A DNA stretch of 64,000 nt from an uncultured Holophagales bacterium (GTDB taxonomy: Bacteria > Acidobacteriota > Thermoanaerobaculia > Multivoradales > UBA5704), in NCBI GenBank assembly GCA_963842525.1, contig CAWJGT010000014.1:96001-160000 (forward strand), given 5' to 3'. The translations under genes were made by a program, and so were the position numbers. The notes under the pieces are model-generated. The model made no database searches, was not told where the DNA came from, and was given only the letters and a program-made list of their open reading frames with translations. This document shows positions 49,653 to 59,089 of the stretch, one piece after another; position 1 is the stretch's first letter, and each line of letters starts with the position of its first letter.

Positions 49653-50486
49653 GTGGGCGGACAGGAAGACTTCGCCAAGGCGCTCAAGGCCATCATGGCT
49701 GCGAAGCGTGAGGAGCTGGGAGAGCCCCCGACCCCGGAGGAGCTGCTCGCCTATCGGGACGGCCGGCTGGACCCGGGCGGCAGGGAACGGATGGAGGCCC
49801 GGATCGCCGTCCACCCCGACGCCGCCCGCGCCCTGGCCGACCTCGCCGCCTTCCCCGCCGTGGAGCCGGCGCCCGGCACGCCGGAGCTGACCGACGAGGA
49901 CCTCGACGTGCGTTGGCAGGCGTTCCGCCAGCGCGTGGCGGCGCTCCCGCCGGCCCCTCACCCCCCTGCCCCCCTCTCCCATCGCACTCCCACCGACCGG
50001 GAGAGGGGGGGAAAAACCGAAGGCCGGCGCCGGCGGCTCTTCGCTCCGCGGCTGGCGGCAGCAGCCGTGCTGGCCCTGGCGGCCGGCTGGGCCGGCGGCT
50101 TCCTGACCGGGCGGGCCTCGCACGACCGCCCCGGCTCGGCCGTCAACATCGACATCGTCGAGCTCACCCCGGAAAAAGAAGGCGGCGACCGCTCGCCGGC
50201 CGCCGCGGTGGAGATGCCGGCCGAAGAGCTGGTGCTGATCCTGGGTGCGCCAGAGGAAGGCGGCTTCGCTAACTACGAAGCCCGGATCGTGGACGCGCAA
50301 GGCTCCCCCGTCTGGTCCCGAACGGGCCTCCACCCCACGCCTCTGGGGACTTTTCACCTCTCCTTCCAGCGGGGCGCTCTGCAGCCGGGGACCTATGGCA
50401 TCCTCCTCTTCGGCCAGGAGGGGAAGCGCAGGAAGCCGGTCGCCACCTATGAGCTGCGTCTCCAGGAGGGACCGGCAAGCCGGTGA
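49653..50486 (+). CDS. Putative single-pass membrane anti-sigma factor (degenerate zf-HC2-like N-terminus)
   Basis: Lies directly after the sigma gene. PTPEELLAYRDGRL..RERMEARIAVHPDA, TM segment LAAAAVLALAAGWAGG, and an extracytoplasmic beta-rich C-terminus. Carries an in-frame half repeat at 49954-50011. Confidence 0.8.
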   Translation: MGGQEDFAKALKAIMAAKREELGEPPTPEELLAYRDGRLDPGGRERMEARIAVHPDAARALADLAAFPAVEPAPGTPELTDEDLDVRWQAFRQRVAALPPAPHPPAPLSHRTPTDRERGGKTEGRRRRLFAPRLAAAAVLALAAGWAGGFLTGRASHDRPGSAVNIDIVELTPEKEGGDRSPAAAVEMPAEELVLILGAPEEGGFANYEARIVDAQGSPVWSRTGLHPTPLGTFHLSFQRGALQPGTYGILLFGQEGKRRKPVATYELRLQEGPASR

Positions 50487-50688
50487 CCTCACCCCCTGGC
50501 CCCCTCTCCCATCTCCCTTCCACCCCCCGCCGGGAGAGGGGGGACGTAGCGGAGGCGTTCGTGGCGAGCCCGATGTCAGCACGTTTCGAGGCGCAGGACC
50601 CCGACCGTGCCTCAGGTGCCTCAACCGCGTCCCCCCTCTCCCGGGGAAAGGGCGGGAGGGAGACGGGAGAGGGGGACAGGGGGTGAGG
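50487..50688. repeat. Palindromic repeat family A, full copy, filling the anti-sigma/TPR-CHAT junction
   Basis: CCTCACCCCCTGG...GGGGGTGAGG, from the anti-sigma TGA to the next GTG. Confidence 0.9.
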
Positions 50689-53646
50689 ACCTCCGCTGCC
50701 GCCCTCCTCCTCCTCCTCTCCTGCGGCCACCCGCCCGCTGAAACGGTCAACCTCACCCCCGGCGCCGTCCACCCCCGGACCCTCACCGGCCGCGGCCCTT
50801 ATCTCTTCCAATTTCAGCTTCCCGCCGATCGTTTCCTCCGCCTGGACATCGAGCAGCGCGGCGTGGACGTGGTCGTCCTATTGCGCGATCCCGCCGGCCG
50901 TCTCCTCTACGAGGTGGACAGCCCCAACGGCACCGAGCGCGCCGAGCCGGTCCTCGCGGTCACCCCGGTCTCCGGCGAGCACTTGTTGATCGTCGAGCCG
51001 CTCCACCCCGAGGCACGAGGCGATTTCGCCCTGGTCGTCCGCGAGGTCCGGCCGGCCACCCAGGGGGACCGGGTGCGGGCCGCCGCCGCCACCGCGTTCG
51101 CCCGCGCCGAGCGGCGCCGGCTGGAGGGCGACCTGGACCGCGCGGGAATCGACTACCGCAAGGCGCTGCCTCTCCTTGAGGCTTGCGGCGAGCGACGGCA
51201 GGCGGCCGAGGCGCAATGGCACCTCGGCGAAGCCCTCCTCGAAGCCGCCGAGCTGCGGCAGGCGGCGGCGGTCCTGGAACAGGCCGCGGCGCGGTTCCGC
51301 GCCCTGGGCGACCGTCCCGGCGAGGCCCACGCTCTCAACGACCTCGGCGCCGCCTGGAGGCTCCTCGGCGACCCCGAGCCGGCGCTGGCCGCGTACCAAC
51401 GCGCGCTGCACCTTTTTCGCGCCGCGGGGCTCCGCCGGGACGAGGCCTCGACGCTCAACAACATCGGCCTGCTCTTCAAGGGCACCGGCGACCTCCAGGG
51501 CGCACTCAATCACTTCGAGGCGGCTCTCGCCCTCTGGCGTCCTCTCCAGGCGAAGTCGTCCGAAGCGGCGACCCTGGAAAACCTGGGAAGCCTCCACACC
51601 CTGATCGGACAGGACGACGAGGCCCTGGGCTTCCTCCAGGAGGCCCTCCGCCTCCGCGCAGGCGAAAAAGACCTGCGCAAGCGGGCCTCGGTCCTGATCG
51701 AGCTCGGCTGGTCACAATATTGGGCCGGCCATCCGGAGCTGGCCCTGGACCACTACCGCGATGCCATCGCGCTGGCCGAGCGCGCGGGGGACCGCCTGCG
51801 CCAGGCGGGCGCCTGGGACCGCCGCGGATCGGCGCTGCGAGCGCTCCACCGCTACGACGAAGCCGCCGCGTCCTATGCGCGAGCCCTGGCTATGAGCCGC
51901 GCCGCGGGAAGCCGGCTCCACGAGGGGCATATCCTGGCCAACCTCGGAGAGCTCGACCTCGAGACGGGCGCCGTCGAGCGCGGCCGGCAGCGCCTGCAGA
52001 GGGCCGCCGACTTCCTGACCGCGAGCGGCGATCCCAACGCCGTGATTTCCGCCCGCGTCAGCCTCGGCCGAGCCGAACGGCGCCTGGGCCGTTTCGGCCC
52101 GGCGCGCAAGCAGGCCGAAACCGCCATCCGCCTCGTCGAGAGCCTGCGCACCGGCCTCCGCGGCCCCATGAGCCGCGGCAATTTCCTGGCGACCCGCATC
52201 GGCGCCTACGAAGAGCTGGCAACCCTCCTGATGCAGCTCGACCGCACCCGCGAAGCACTGGAGGTCGCGGAGCGCGCCCGCGCCCGCAATCTCCTGGAGG
52301 ACATCCGGGAGGAAAACAGAGAGTGTGTCGAAAGCGCGTCGCGAGCCCGGGAAACCCTCACCCCCGACCCCTCTCCCAACCGCACTCCCGACCTCCGGGA
52401 GAGGGGAGCCCCCACCCAAAAGCCTTTTCCGCAGTTTCGCTTCCCCCCTCTCCCGGTGGCCAGGGAGTGCGGATGGGAGAGGGGGGCCAGGGGGGTGAGG
52501 GCCCTGACCGCCAACGAGATCCAGGCCCTGGCCGACGACGGCACCCTCCTCGTCGTCTATCTCCTGGCCGAGCCCGCGAGCTTCGCCTGGACCGTCCACC
52601 GCAAGACCGTGGCCTCCCATACCCTCGCCGGGAGAGAGCGCATCGAAAAGCTCGCCCGCCGGGTGATCCACGCCATGCCCCACAGCCACGAAGTCGCTGG
52701 CCAGGGCACCGCCACGCGAGCAGCGCAGGAGCTTGCGGACGCCATCCTCGCGCCCCTCGGCGAGCGCCTGGCCGGCCGGCAACGCCTCGTGATCCTCGCC
52801 GACGGAGCCCTGCACCTCGTCCCCTTCGCCGCCCTGCCTGGGAGCACCGGCGAGCCGCTCCTGGCCGATCACGAGATCGTAATGGTCCCCTCCGCCACGG
52901 TGCTCCAGGCACAGCGCCGCCGCTTCGCCGGACGGCCCCCCGCACCGGAGCTGGCCGCCATCCTGGCCGATCCAATCTTCTCGCCGACGGACGAACGCCT
53001 CCAGTTCCCCCTCTCCCGGGGGAAGGGGGGGCGATGGGAGAGGGGGCCAGGGGGTGAGGGGCCAGCCCTCGAACGCCTGCCCTACACCGCGACCGAGGCC
53101 GAAGACATCGTCCGCCTCATCCCTCGCGGACAGGCACTCCTGGCCCTCGGACCCGCCGCAAGCCGGGACCTCGTCCTGGCCGGCGGCCTGCGGCGCTATC
53201 GCATCCTCCATTTCGCGACCCACGGCCTGCTGCACCCGGTCCTGCCCGAACGCTCGGGCATCGTCCTCTCGCTGTTCGATGAGAAAGGAAAACGCCTTGA
53301 CGGATTCCTCTCTGCGCCGGACGTCGCGGCGTTGGACCTCCCCGCCGAGACGGTGGTCCTGAGCGCCTGCCAGACCGGCCTCGGCCGCGAGATGCGGGGC
53401 GAAGGCCTGGTCGGCCTCACTCATGCCTTTTTCCGCGCCGGAGCCCGCCGCGTCGTCGTGAGCACCTGGAAGGTCCGCGACCGCGCCACGGCCGAGCTCA
53501 TGGCCCGCTTCTACCGCCACCTCCTCGGCGACGGCCTGCCGCCCGCCGCCGCGCTGCGGGCTGCCCAGCTTTCCATCCGCAACGAACCGCAGTGGCACGC
53601 CCCCTACTTCTGGGCCGGCTTCTCCCTCCAGGGCGATTGGCAATAA
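50683..53646 (+). CDS. Lipoprotein TPR-CHAT protease
   Basis: Signal/lipobox VRTSAAALLLLLSC, PPC-like domain (EQRGVDVVV..VDSPNG), TPRs (LNDLG, LNNIG, LENLG, LANLG), CHAT dyad HFATHG / VVLSACQTGLG, APYFWAGF. Confidence 0.92.
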   Translation: MRTSAAALLLLLSCGHPPAETVNLTPGAVHPRTLTGRGPYLFQFQLPADRFLRLDIEQRGVDVVVLLRDPAGRLLYEVDSPNGTERAEPVLAVTPVSGEHLLIVEPLHPEARGDFALVVREVRPATQGDRVRAAAATAFARAERRRLEGDLDRAGIDYRKALPLLEACGERRQAAEAQWHLGEALLEAAELRQAAAVLEQAAARFRALGDRPGEAHALNDLGAAWRLLGDPEPALAAYQRALHLFRAAGLRRDEASTLNNIGLLFKGTGDLQGALNHFEAALALWRPLQAKSSEAATLENLGSLHTLIGQDDEALGFLQEALRLRAGEKDLRKRASVLIELGWSQYWAGHPELALDHYRDAIALAERAGDRLRQAGAWDRRGSALRALHRYDEAAASYARALAMSRAAGSRLHEGHILANLGELDLETGAVERGRQRLQRAADFLTASGDPNAVISARVSLGRAERRLGRFGPARKQAETAIRLVESLRTGLRGPMSRGNFLATRIGAYEELATLLMQLDRTREALEVAERARARNLLEDIREENRECVESASRARETLTPDPSPNRTPDLRERGAPTQKPFPQFRFPPLPVARECGWERGARGVRALTANEIQALADDGTLLVVYLLAEPASFAWTVHRKTVASHTLAGRERIEKLARRVIHAMPHSHEVAGQGTATRAAQELADAILAPLGERLAGRQRLVILADGALHLVPFAALPGSTGEPLLADHEIVMVPSATVLQAQRRRFAGRPPAPELAAILADPIFSPTDERLQFPLSRGKGGRWERGPGGEGPALERLPYTATEAEDIVRLIPRGQALLALGPAASRDLVLAGGLRRYRILHFATHGLLHPVLPERSGIVLSLFDEKGKRLDGFLSAPDVAALDLPAETVVLSACQTGLGREMRGEGLVGLTHAFFRAGARRVVVSTWKVRDRATAELMARFYRHLLGDGLPPAAALRAAQLSIRNEPQWHAPYFWAGFSLQGDWQ
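52355..52501. repeat. Family A full copy (147 bp), in-frame inside TPR-CHAT
   Basis: Translates as LTPDPSPNRTP...GWERGARGVR between the TPR and CHAT regions. Confidence 0.88.
53005..53060. repeat. Family A half copy, in-frame in the CHAT-domain loop
   Basis: Translates as FPLSRGKGGRWERGPGGEG before LERLPYT. Confidence 0.85.
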
Positions 53647-53651
53647 AGACC

Positions 53652-53679
53652 GTCCAACAAATCTCCGGCAACCCGTGTC
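53652..53679 (+). promoter_or_regulatory. Conserved bipartite motif, copy 2, upstream of the small peptide gene
   Basis: GTCCAACA-aatctccggcaac-CCGTGTC. Confidence 0.8.
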
Positions 53680-53742
53680 GGAGCAGGTAGAAGCAGAAAC
53701 CACCGGCCCCTGCCGGGCCGGAGGGATCGAAAGGAGCCCCCC

Positions 53743-53961
53743 ATGCCGACCCATCCCATCCTCTCGACAGGCCCCTTCCTCGCCGACCCTGAGCCCATTG
53801 ATGAACAGACCGGTGGGGGACCCAAAGTGGGCCGCGACGAGCCGATCCAACCGGAAGAGGACGTGGTGCGTATCGGTGAGGAAAACCCCGGCGGGCCACA
53901 GACAGGTGGAACCGTCAAGACCGGTCGCACAAAGCCGATCCAACCTGAAACGGAGGACTGA
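53743..53961 (+). CDS. 72-aa acidic peptide with two QTGGxxKxGR..PIQPE repeats
   Basis: AAGGAG RBS, its own promoter-like motif, an internal duplication and a downstream hairpin. Confidence 0.7.
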   Translation: MPTHPILSTGPFLADPEPIDEQTGGGPKVGRDEPIQPEEDVVRIGEENPGGPQTGGTVKTGRTKPIQPETED

Positions 53962-53968
53962 AAGCAGC

Positions 53969-54055
53969 CCCCCTGGGAGCGCGGGCGTCTCGCCCGCCCG
54001 GAGCCGAGCCGTCATATCGAGCCGCCAGCGGGCGGGACGCCCGCGCTCCCAGGGG
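53969..54055. repeat. REP-like hairpin, possible terminator, between the peptide gene and cas6
   Basis: CCCCTGGGAGCGCGGGCGTCTCGCCCGC ... GCGGGCGGGACGCCCGCGCTCCCAGGGG. Confidence 0.75.
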
Positions 54056-54081
54056 CCGCTGCCAACCACTTTGACCGGGCC

Positions 54082-54109
54082 GTCCAACAAATTCCGGACA
54101 GTCCGTGTC
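54082..54109 (+). promoter_or_regulatory. Conserved bipartite motif, copy 3, upstream of the cas operon
   Basis: GTCCAACA-aattccggacagt-CCGTGTC, ending 64 nt before the cas6 ATG. Confidence 0.8.
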
Positions 54110-54173
54110 GTAGGGAATAGATGGCTCGGCTCCCGCGGAGGCGGGACGGCCGGAAAGGACTGAGATCGAGACC

Positions 54174-55082
54174 ATGCAAGGACTCCAGCCCACCTCTCCC
54201 CTTCCCACCATCCCCCATCTCCGCCTGGAGGTGACCCTCCGGGCGGAGGAGCCGGCGACGCTCCCTGCCTTCCACGGCTCGATGCTGCGCGGCGCCTTTG
54301 GGCACGCTCTGCGCCGGTCGGTCTGTTCCATGGGGCCGGCGCAGGCGTGCGAGACCTGCACGTTGCGCCGGCCCTGCATCTACACGCGGATTTTCGAATC
54401 GTTCGTCGAAGGCGAGCCGCCGCCGTTCCTGCGCGGGATCGATCAGGCGGTCCGTCCCTATCTCTTCGAGCCCAAAGGCGGAGCGGGCCGGCTGGAGCCC
54501 GGCGAGCCCTTGCGCTTCGACCTGCTGCTCTTCGGCCAGGCCGTGGACCTCCAGGCGTACGCCGTTCTGGCGATCCGCCGCATGGCGCAGTCGGGGCTCG
54601 GCGCCGGCCGTGCCCGCTTCCGGCTCGATCACATCGAAATGCGGGAATCGCCGGCCCTCCAGGACGCTCCGCTCCCGGACGGGCCGGTCACCCTCCGTTT
54701 CGTCACACCCCTGCGCATCAAGATCCGCGACCAGCTCGCCGATCGATTCCGATTCCGGGACCTCGCCTTTCACATGCTGCGGCGCACGCTGGAGCTCGCC
54801 CACACCCACGTCCCCGGCGCGCCGGTCGACTGGAGCTTCCAGCCCCTGCTCCGGAAGGCCGACGCCGTCCAGGCCACCGCCGCCAGCCTCCGCTGGCACG
54901 ACTGGGAGCGCTGGAGCCAGCGCCAGCAGACCCGCATGAAGCTCGGCGGCGTCGTGGGCACCCTGACGCTCGACGGCGACCTCTCACCTTTTACATCCCT
55001 GCTGCGCACCGCCGAGGTGATCCATGTCGGCAAGGGGACCACGTTCGGGCTGGGGAAGATGAGGATCGAGGCAGCGGCATGA
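54174..55082 (+). CDS. cas6: CRISPR pre-crRNA endoribonuclease Cas6
   Basis: GSMLRGAFGHAL, Cys cluster C..CETC..CIY, FVTPLRIK, C-terminal G-rich loop HVGKGTTFGLG. Confidence 0.93.
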   Translation: MQGLQPTSPLPTIPHLRLEVTLRAEEPATLPAFHGSMLRGAFGHALRRSVCSMGPAQACETCTLRRPCIYTRIFESFVEGEPPPFLRGIDQAVRPYLFEPKGGAGRLEPGEPLRFDLLLFGQAVDLQAYAVLAIRRMAQSGLGAGRARFRLDHIEMRESPALQDAPLPDGPVTLRFVTPLRIKIRDQLADRFRFRDLAFHMLRRTLELAHTHVPGAPVDWSFQPLLRKADAVQATAASLRWHDWERWSQRQQTRMKLGGVVGTLTLDGDLSPFTSLLRTAEVIHVGKGTTFGLGKMRIEAAA

Positions 55083-56848
55083 ATCACGAGAAATCCGAAA
55101 CCAGAGAATCCAGCAGCCGCCATGTGGCGGATGTGGCCAAGCGGGCACTATCGCCTCACTTCAGCGATGGTGAGGTCCCGCCCGCGCTCCTCGAAGCGGT
55201 CGCCGCCGGCCAGGGCAATCGCGAAGAGGTGCGCCGCATCACCGAGAAGGCCTGCGGCTCCGGCAAGCCTTTCGATCTGGTGCTCTTCGACACAGACCGG
55301 ATCAGCGACTATGTCTTCGAGTCGAGCCGGCCACCGGTCATTGCCGGAGCCTCCAAAATCCTTGACGATCTCAACCAGTCGATCGGCGACGAGTATCGGG
55401 ACAGCACGATCTATTCCGGCGGCGGCGAGGGCATCCTGCTGGTCCTGAGAGGAGACGGCGAACGGATCTGCTCCGAGATCGAGGAGCGCTTCCGCACGAA
55501 GACCGATGGCGCCCTGACGGTCACCACGGGCTGGCTGGAGATCTCGCCTCACGATTTCATCGCGACGACACCGCGAGGAGAGGCGGACAACGGAGCCCGC
55601 CTTGTCTCGGGCACGCAGGCGGTCCTCTCGCGCTTGCGCGATCTGGTCCGAGAGAAGAAGGATGGCCGGTCCGACTTCCGCTCTCCCGTGCACGCCGAGA
55701 GCGAGCGCTGTGCCTCCTGCCGGGACCGGAAAGCCGACTCCATTCCGATCAAGTTCTATCGGGATGAGGTCGGGCGTATCTGCGAGCCTTGTTGGGTCCG
55801 GTGGGGTGTGGGCAAGGAGCTCATCGAGGGGTGGTCTTTCGACGAGCTGGCGGAAAAGTACCAGAAGGCCCTCGGATCGGAAGGCGCCAAGACGCGCTAT
55901 CTCGGCTTCGTCTACGCCGACGGCAACTCGATGGGCGCGCTCTTCGGTCGCCTCGAATCTCTGTCCGACCTGCGCTTCCTGAGCCATTCGGTCCGCGACG
56001 CTTTCGCCATGACGAGGGGGCAGGTAAAGGAAGAGGTGCAGCGGCTGGTCCCGGTGCCAGGAGGCTTTCCTCTCCTCAGCTATCTCGGCGGCGGTGACGA
56101 GGCGATCTGGATCCTTCCCGCCGCGCTGGCCGTTCACATCACGGAAAAGCTGCCGCTGTGGGTCGAGGCTGCGTCACAGCGCATCCCCGATTTTCTGACG
56201 GTTCTGAAGCATCATGGAGTTTCCCGCGTGACGCTGGGCACCGGCCTGGTGATCTGCGATCTGGGCTACCCGGTGCGCTATCAGTACCGGCTCGCGAAGG
56301 ACCTCCAGAAACGCGCCAAGGCGATGTTCTACGCCCGGCAGACAGCCGATGTAACCTCTTCGCTCGACTTCGAGGTCCTGACGGACTCTTCGCCACTGAG
56401 CGATGAGCTCGGCGCGGTCCGCGAGCTCGCGTACAAGACCGCCGACTCCGACTTCCTGCGTACCTGCCGCCCCTACACGGAGCGCGGTTTCCAGGAGCTC
56501 CTCAACCGGATGCGCCAGGCCCGCGCACCCCGCAACGGGAACGGCAAGGTGGTGCGTAAGCCCATCGCCAATTCCCAGCTTTACGGATTGCAGAGCGGCG
56601 CCGCAGAAGGCAAGGCGGTGTTCCTCAACTATCTCCGCTATCAGCTCGCCCGCAAGCCCGCCGGCCCCACCATTCAAGACTGGATGGACGCCTTCAATCA
56701 CAAGTGGACCGATCCTCAGGACGTCGAAAGATTTTTCGTGGACGCCGCGGAGGGCGGCAAGACCGGCACGTGGATCCCGGACGGCCTGCAGCTCGCGCCG
56801 TTTCTCGATCAGCTCCGCAAGCTGGAAGACGCGAAGGAGCGCCGCTGA
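55079..56848 (+). CDS. cas10: Cas10 large subunit of a type III system, lacking the HD domain, with a GGDE palm motif
   Basis: FDTDRISDYVFES..IAGAS, YSGGG, Zn finger CASC/CEPC, YADGNSMG, YLGGGDE, LQKRAK, LDFEVL..RPYT. ATGA overlap with cas6. Confidence 0.9.
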   Translation: MNHEKSETRESSSRHVADVAKRALSPHFSDGEVPPALLEAVAAGQGNREEVRRITEKACGSGKPFDLVLFDTDRISDYVFESSRPPVIAGASKILDDLNQSIGDEYRDSTIYSGGGEGILLVLRGDGERICSEIEERFRTKTDGALTVTTGWLEISPHDFIATTPRGEADNGARLVSGTQAVLSRLRDLVREKKDGRSDFRSPVHAESERCASCRDRKADSIPIKFYRDEVGRICEPCWVRWGVGKELIEGWSFDELAEKYQKALGSEGAKTRYLGFVYADGNSMGALFGRLESLSDLRFLSHSVRDAFAMTRGQVKEEVQRLVPVPGGFPLLSYLGGGDEAIWILPAALAVHITEKLPLWVEAASQRIPDFLTVLKHHGVSRVTLGTGLVICDLGYPVRYQYRLAKDLQKRAKAMFYARQTADVTSSLDFEVLTDSSPLSDELGAVRELAYKTADSDFLRTCRPYTERGFQELLNRMRQARAPRNGNGKVVRKPIANSQLYGLQSGAAEGKAVFLNYLRYQLARKPAGPTIQDWMDAFNHKWTDPQDVERFFVDAAEGGKTGTWIPDGLQLAPFLDQLRKLEDAKERR

Positions 56849-58700
56849 TGCCAAAGCTCGAAATCACTCTTCACGGGCATCTGCTCGTCGCCGGAGGCCA
56901 AGCCGCGGCTCTCGGCGTCGATCTCGCCACGGCCCAGCGCTTCGACGAGAAGGGCGAGCTGGTGCCCTACATCCCCGCCACCGCCCTGCGCGGTGCGGTC
57001 CGCCTTCAGCTCGAATCACTCCTGGCCGGCACGAATCATCCGGACATCGGTCCCTATCCGCGTGATGTGGAAGGCGAAACCCGCGAGGGCTTCGATACTC
57101 CGATCGCCCGTCTCTTCGGCTACTCCGGCAAGAAGGGTGCAAGAAACGGCGCCAGGGAGGGAAGCCTCCGCTTTTCGGATGCCCTGCCGAAAGATCCCAA
57201 GAGTGCCGCCCAGGCGCTGGGCGTACGGCCTGGGCTCGAGATCAATGATTTCACCTCGACTGCCGAGGAGCAGAAGCTCTTCTTCCGCGAGCTGGTTGAA
57301 ACCTCGGCCGAGCCGCTCGTTTTCACTGCCGATCTCGATCTCAACAAGCAGGTCTCTAAAGAAGATCGAGACAGCTTGCAAGCCGCGGTCGAGAGCACGG
57401 ACTCGATCGGCGCCGGCAAGGCCAAGGGCGGCGGCTTCGTCTCGATCCGCTGGATCGACGAGACCGGGAAACAGCCAGAGGACAAGCAGGAAGAGAATGC
57501 GCCTCCTTCAGGTTTCCTAGGGGACCCGTCAGCCGCCACGCGGGTACGGTTGCTTCTCACGCTGACCGAGCCGGCCCATTTCGGAGACGGCGGCCCGCAG
57601 GGCAACCATCACGGTAGCCGCACTTTCATCCCGGGTGCAACCGTCCGCGGCGCCATCGCCTGGGCACTCCTGCGCAACGGGGTCGCCCCCCAAGACCCAG
57701 CCTTCCAGAGCCTTTTTATGAAGGCCGGGAGCTTCGGCGACGCCCTCCCCACTCTCGATCCGGACGAGGAGCCCGTGATCTATCCCGCTACAGCGCGGAA
57801 ACGCCGAGGGGGCGAGGAAGAGATCAAGGACATCCTTGTCACGGAGGCTCGCCCGCCAACAGATCAACGAGCAGCCCGACGGCGTCTTTCTCCGATCGGA
57901 CGACGGCGATGCCCGCTTCGATCCTGTCCCGGCTCGCCCCGACCCGGGCCTTATCCGGCGCCTGCGCACCCGGGTCTCCATCGACCGCCACACCGGCACC
58001 GCAGCCGATGGCCGCCTCTTCACCATCGAACAGGTCGAGCCCTGGCTAGCCCCGAAGAATCACCAGAAACCGCGCAGGACCACGTTCGTCTGCCGCGTCG
58101 AAAACCTGGATCAGTCCGCCGCGGAGCTGCTTGCCTTGGCCGCGGACCTGCCGATCCTGATCGGCGCGGGTCGCAACCATGGGATGGGGCGCGCCCTCCT
58201 GCAGGTACACTTCGAGGCTGAAGAAACCATCGAGAATGCGGAGCTGCGAGTCCTGAAGCTCACAGGCCTCGTTCGCCAGGAAGCCGTACGCCTCGCCCGC
58301 CATGCCGGCCTCCCCCATCCGGAGGACGCGGCAAACCACGGCCAAGCCGTTCTCGCATTGCTTGCGCTATCGGACTTCGTACCGTCCCACCCAGAGGCGG
58401 CGCATCCGCTGGCCGAGCTCGCGGAGCCTGGCTTACAGGATATCCATCCACTCCGTCGCTTCCTTAACCCGGGACAGGTCGGCGGCTACAACCAGCTCGT
58501 CGAGGGGGGTGCCCTCAAGGACCTCGCCCCGTCCGTCGGAGCGGGAAGCGTCTTCGTCTATCGCATTCAACGGCAGGGCCTGACACCGCTGCTTGACCGG
58601 CTCCTCCCGCGGCTGCGCCGGGGAGTGGGCCGTGACTGCGCCAGCGGCTGCGGCCGGTTCGGTCTGTTCGAGCCATTTTTTCCAAGGAGAAGAAGGATGA
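56848..58700 (+). CDS. Multi-RAMP Cas7-Cas5 fusion (Csx10-like, type III-D); frameshift near 57850 and a probable extra T near 58680
   Basis: PYIPATALRGAVR..LFG..LRFSDA, IGAGKAKGGG; FIPGATVRGA, RTRVSIDRHTGTA, IGAGRNHGMG, GAGSVFVY, GVG..SGCGRF. Confidence 0.82.
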
Positions 58701-59089
58701 GCGCTGAGCCTGAAGTTGGAAGCAAATCCTGGTTGGTCGGCAGAGCCGAGAATATCCTCGGGAACCAAGTGCCGAGAAATCAGGCATCTCAGTTGCGGAA
58801 CCTTGTTCAGATCACACAGAAGGAATCCGAAGTGCCCGTCCTTGCGAACTTCATCCGCTATCAGGCTGGCCGGAAAGCTACGGGCGGATTCTGGCGCCCG
58901 ATCCACAAGCAGGTCATCGAAGTCCTCCAGAAGATCGAGGAGAAGTTCCCTGCCGAGGACGAGCGCAAGGCCGCCATTCAGAATTTCTTCGGTTACATGG
59001 TACGGCACTATGTCTATCTCGAGGGTGCCGGCGAGAGAGGCTCAACATCATCCAAGCCGAAAGGAGGAGCGCCTCATGGACGCAACTGA
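58697..59089 (+). CDS. Putative Cas11 small subunit (Csm2-like)
   Basis: All-helical 130 aa; SQLRNLV..VLANFIRYQAGR..W..FFGYMVR. AAGGAG RBS; positioned between RAMP genes. Confidence 0.75.
   Translation: MSAEPEVGSKSWLVGRAENILGNQVPRNQASQLRNLVQITQKESEVPVLANFIRYQAGRKATGGFWRPIHKQVIEVLQKIEEKFPAEDERKAAIQNFFGYMVRHYVYLEGAGERGSTSSKPKGGAPHGRN

Noticed and set aside
50683-53646. Craspase (type III-E Csx29) assignment
   Set aside because: There is no Cas7-11. The protein has a lipoprotein signal and a PPC-like domain, typical of ECF-linked TPR-CHATs.
57836-59089. Apparent Csx10-Cas11 fusion ORF
   Set aside because: Removing one T from the T run near 58676-58681 gives a TGA overlapping the cas11 ATG (ATGA), with an AAGGAG RBS. 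A homopolymer error is more likely than a fusion.
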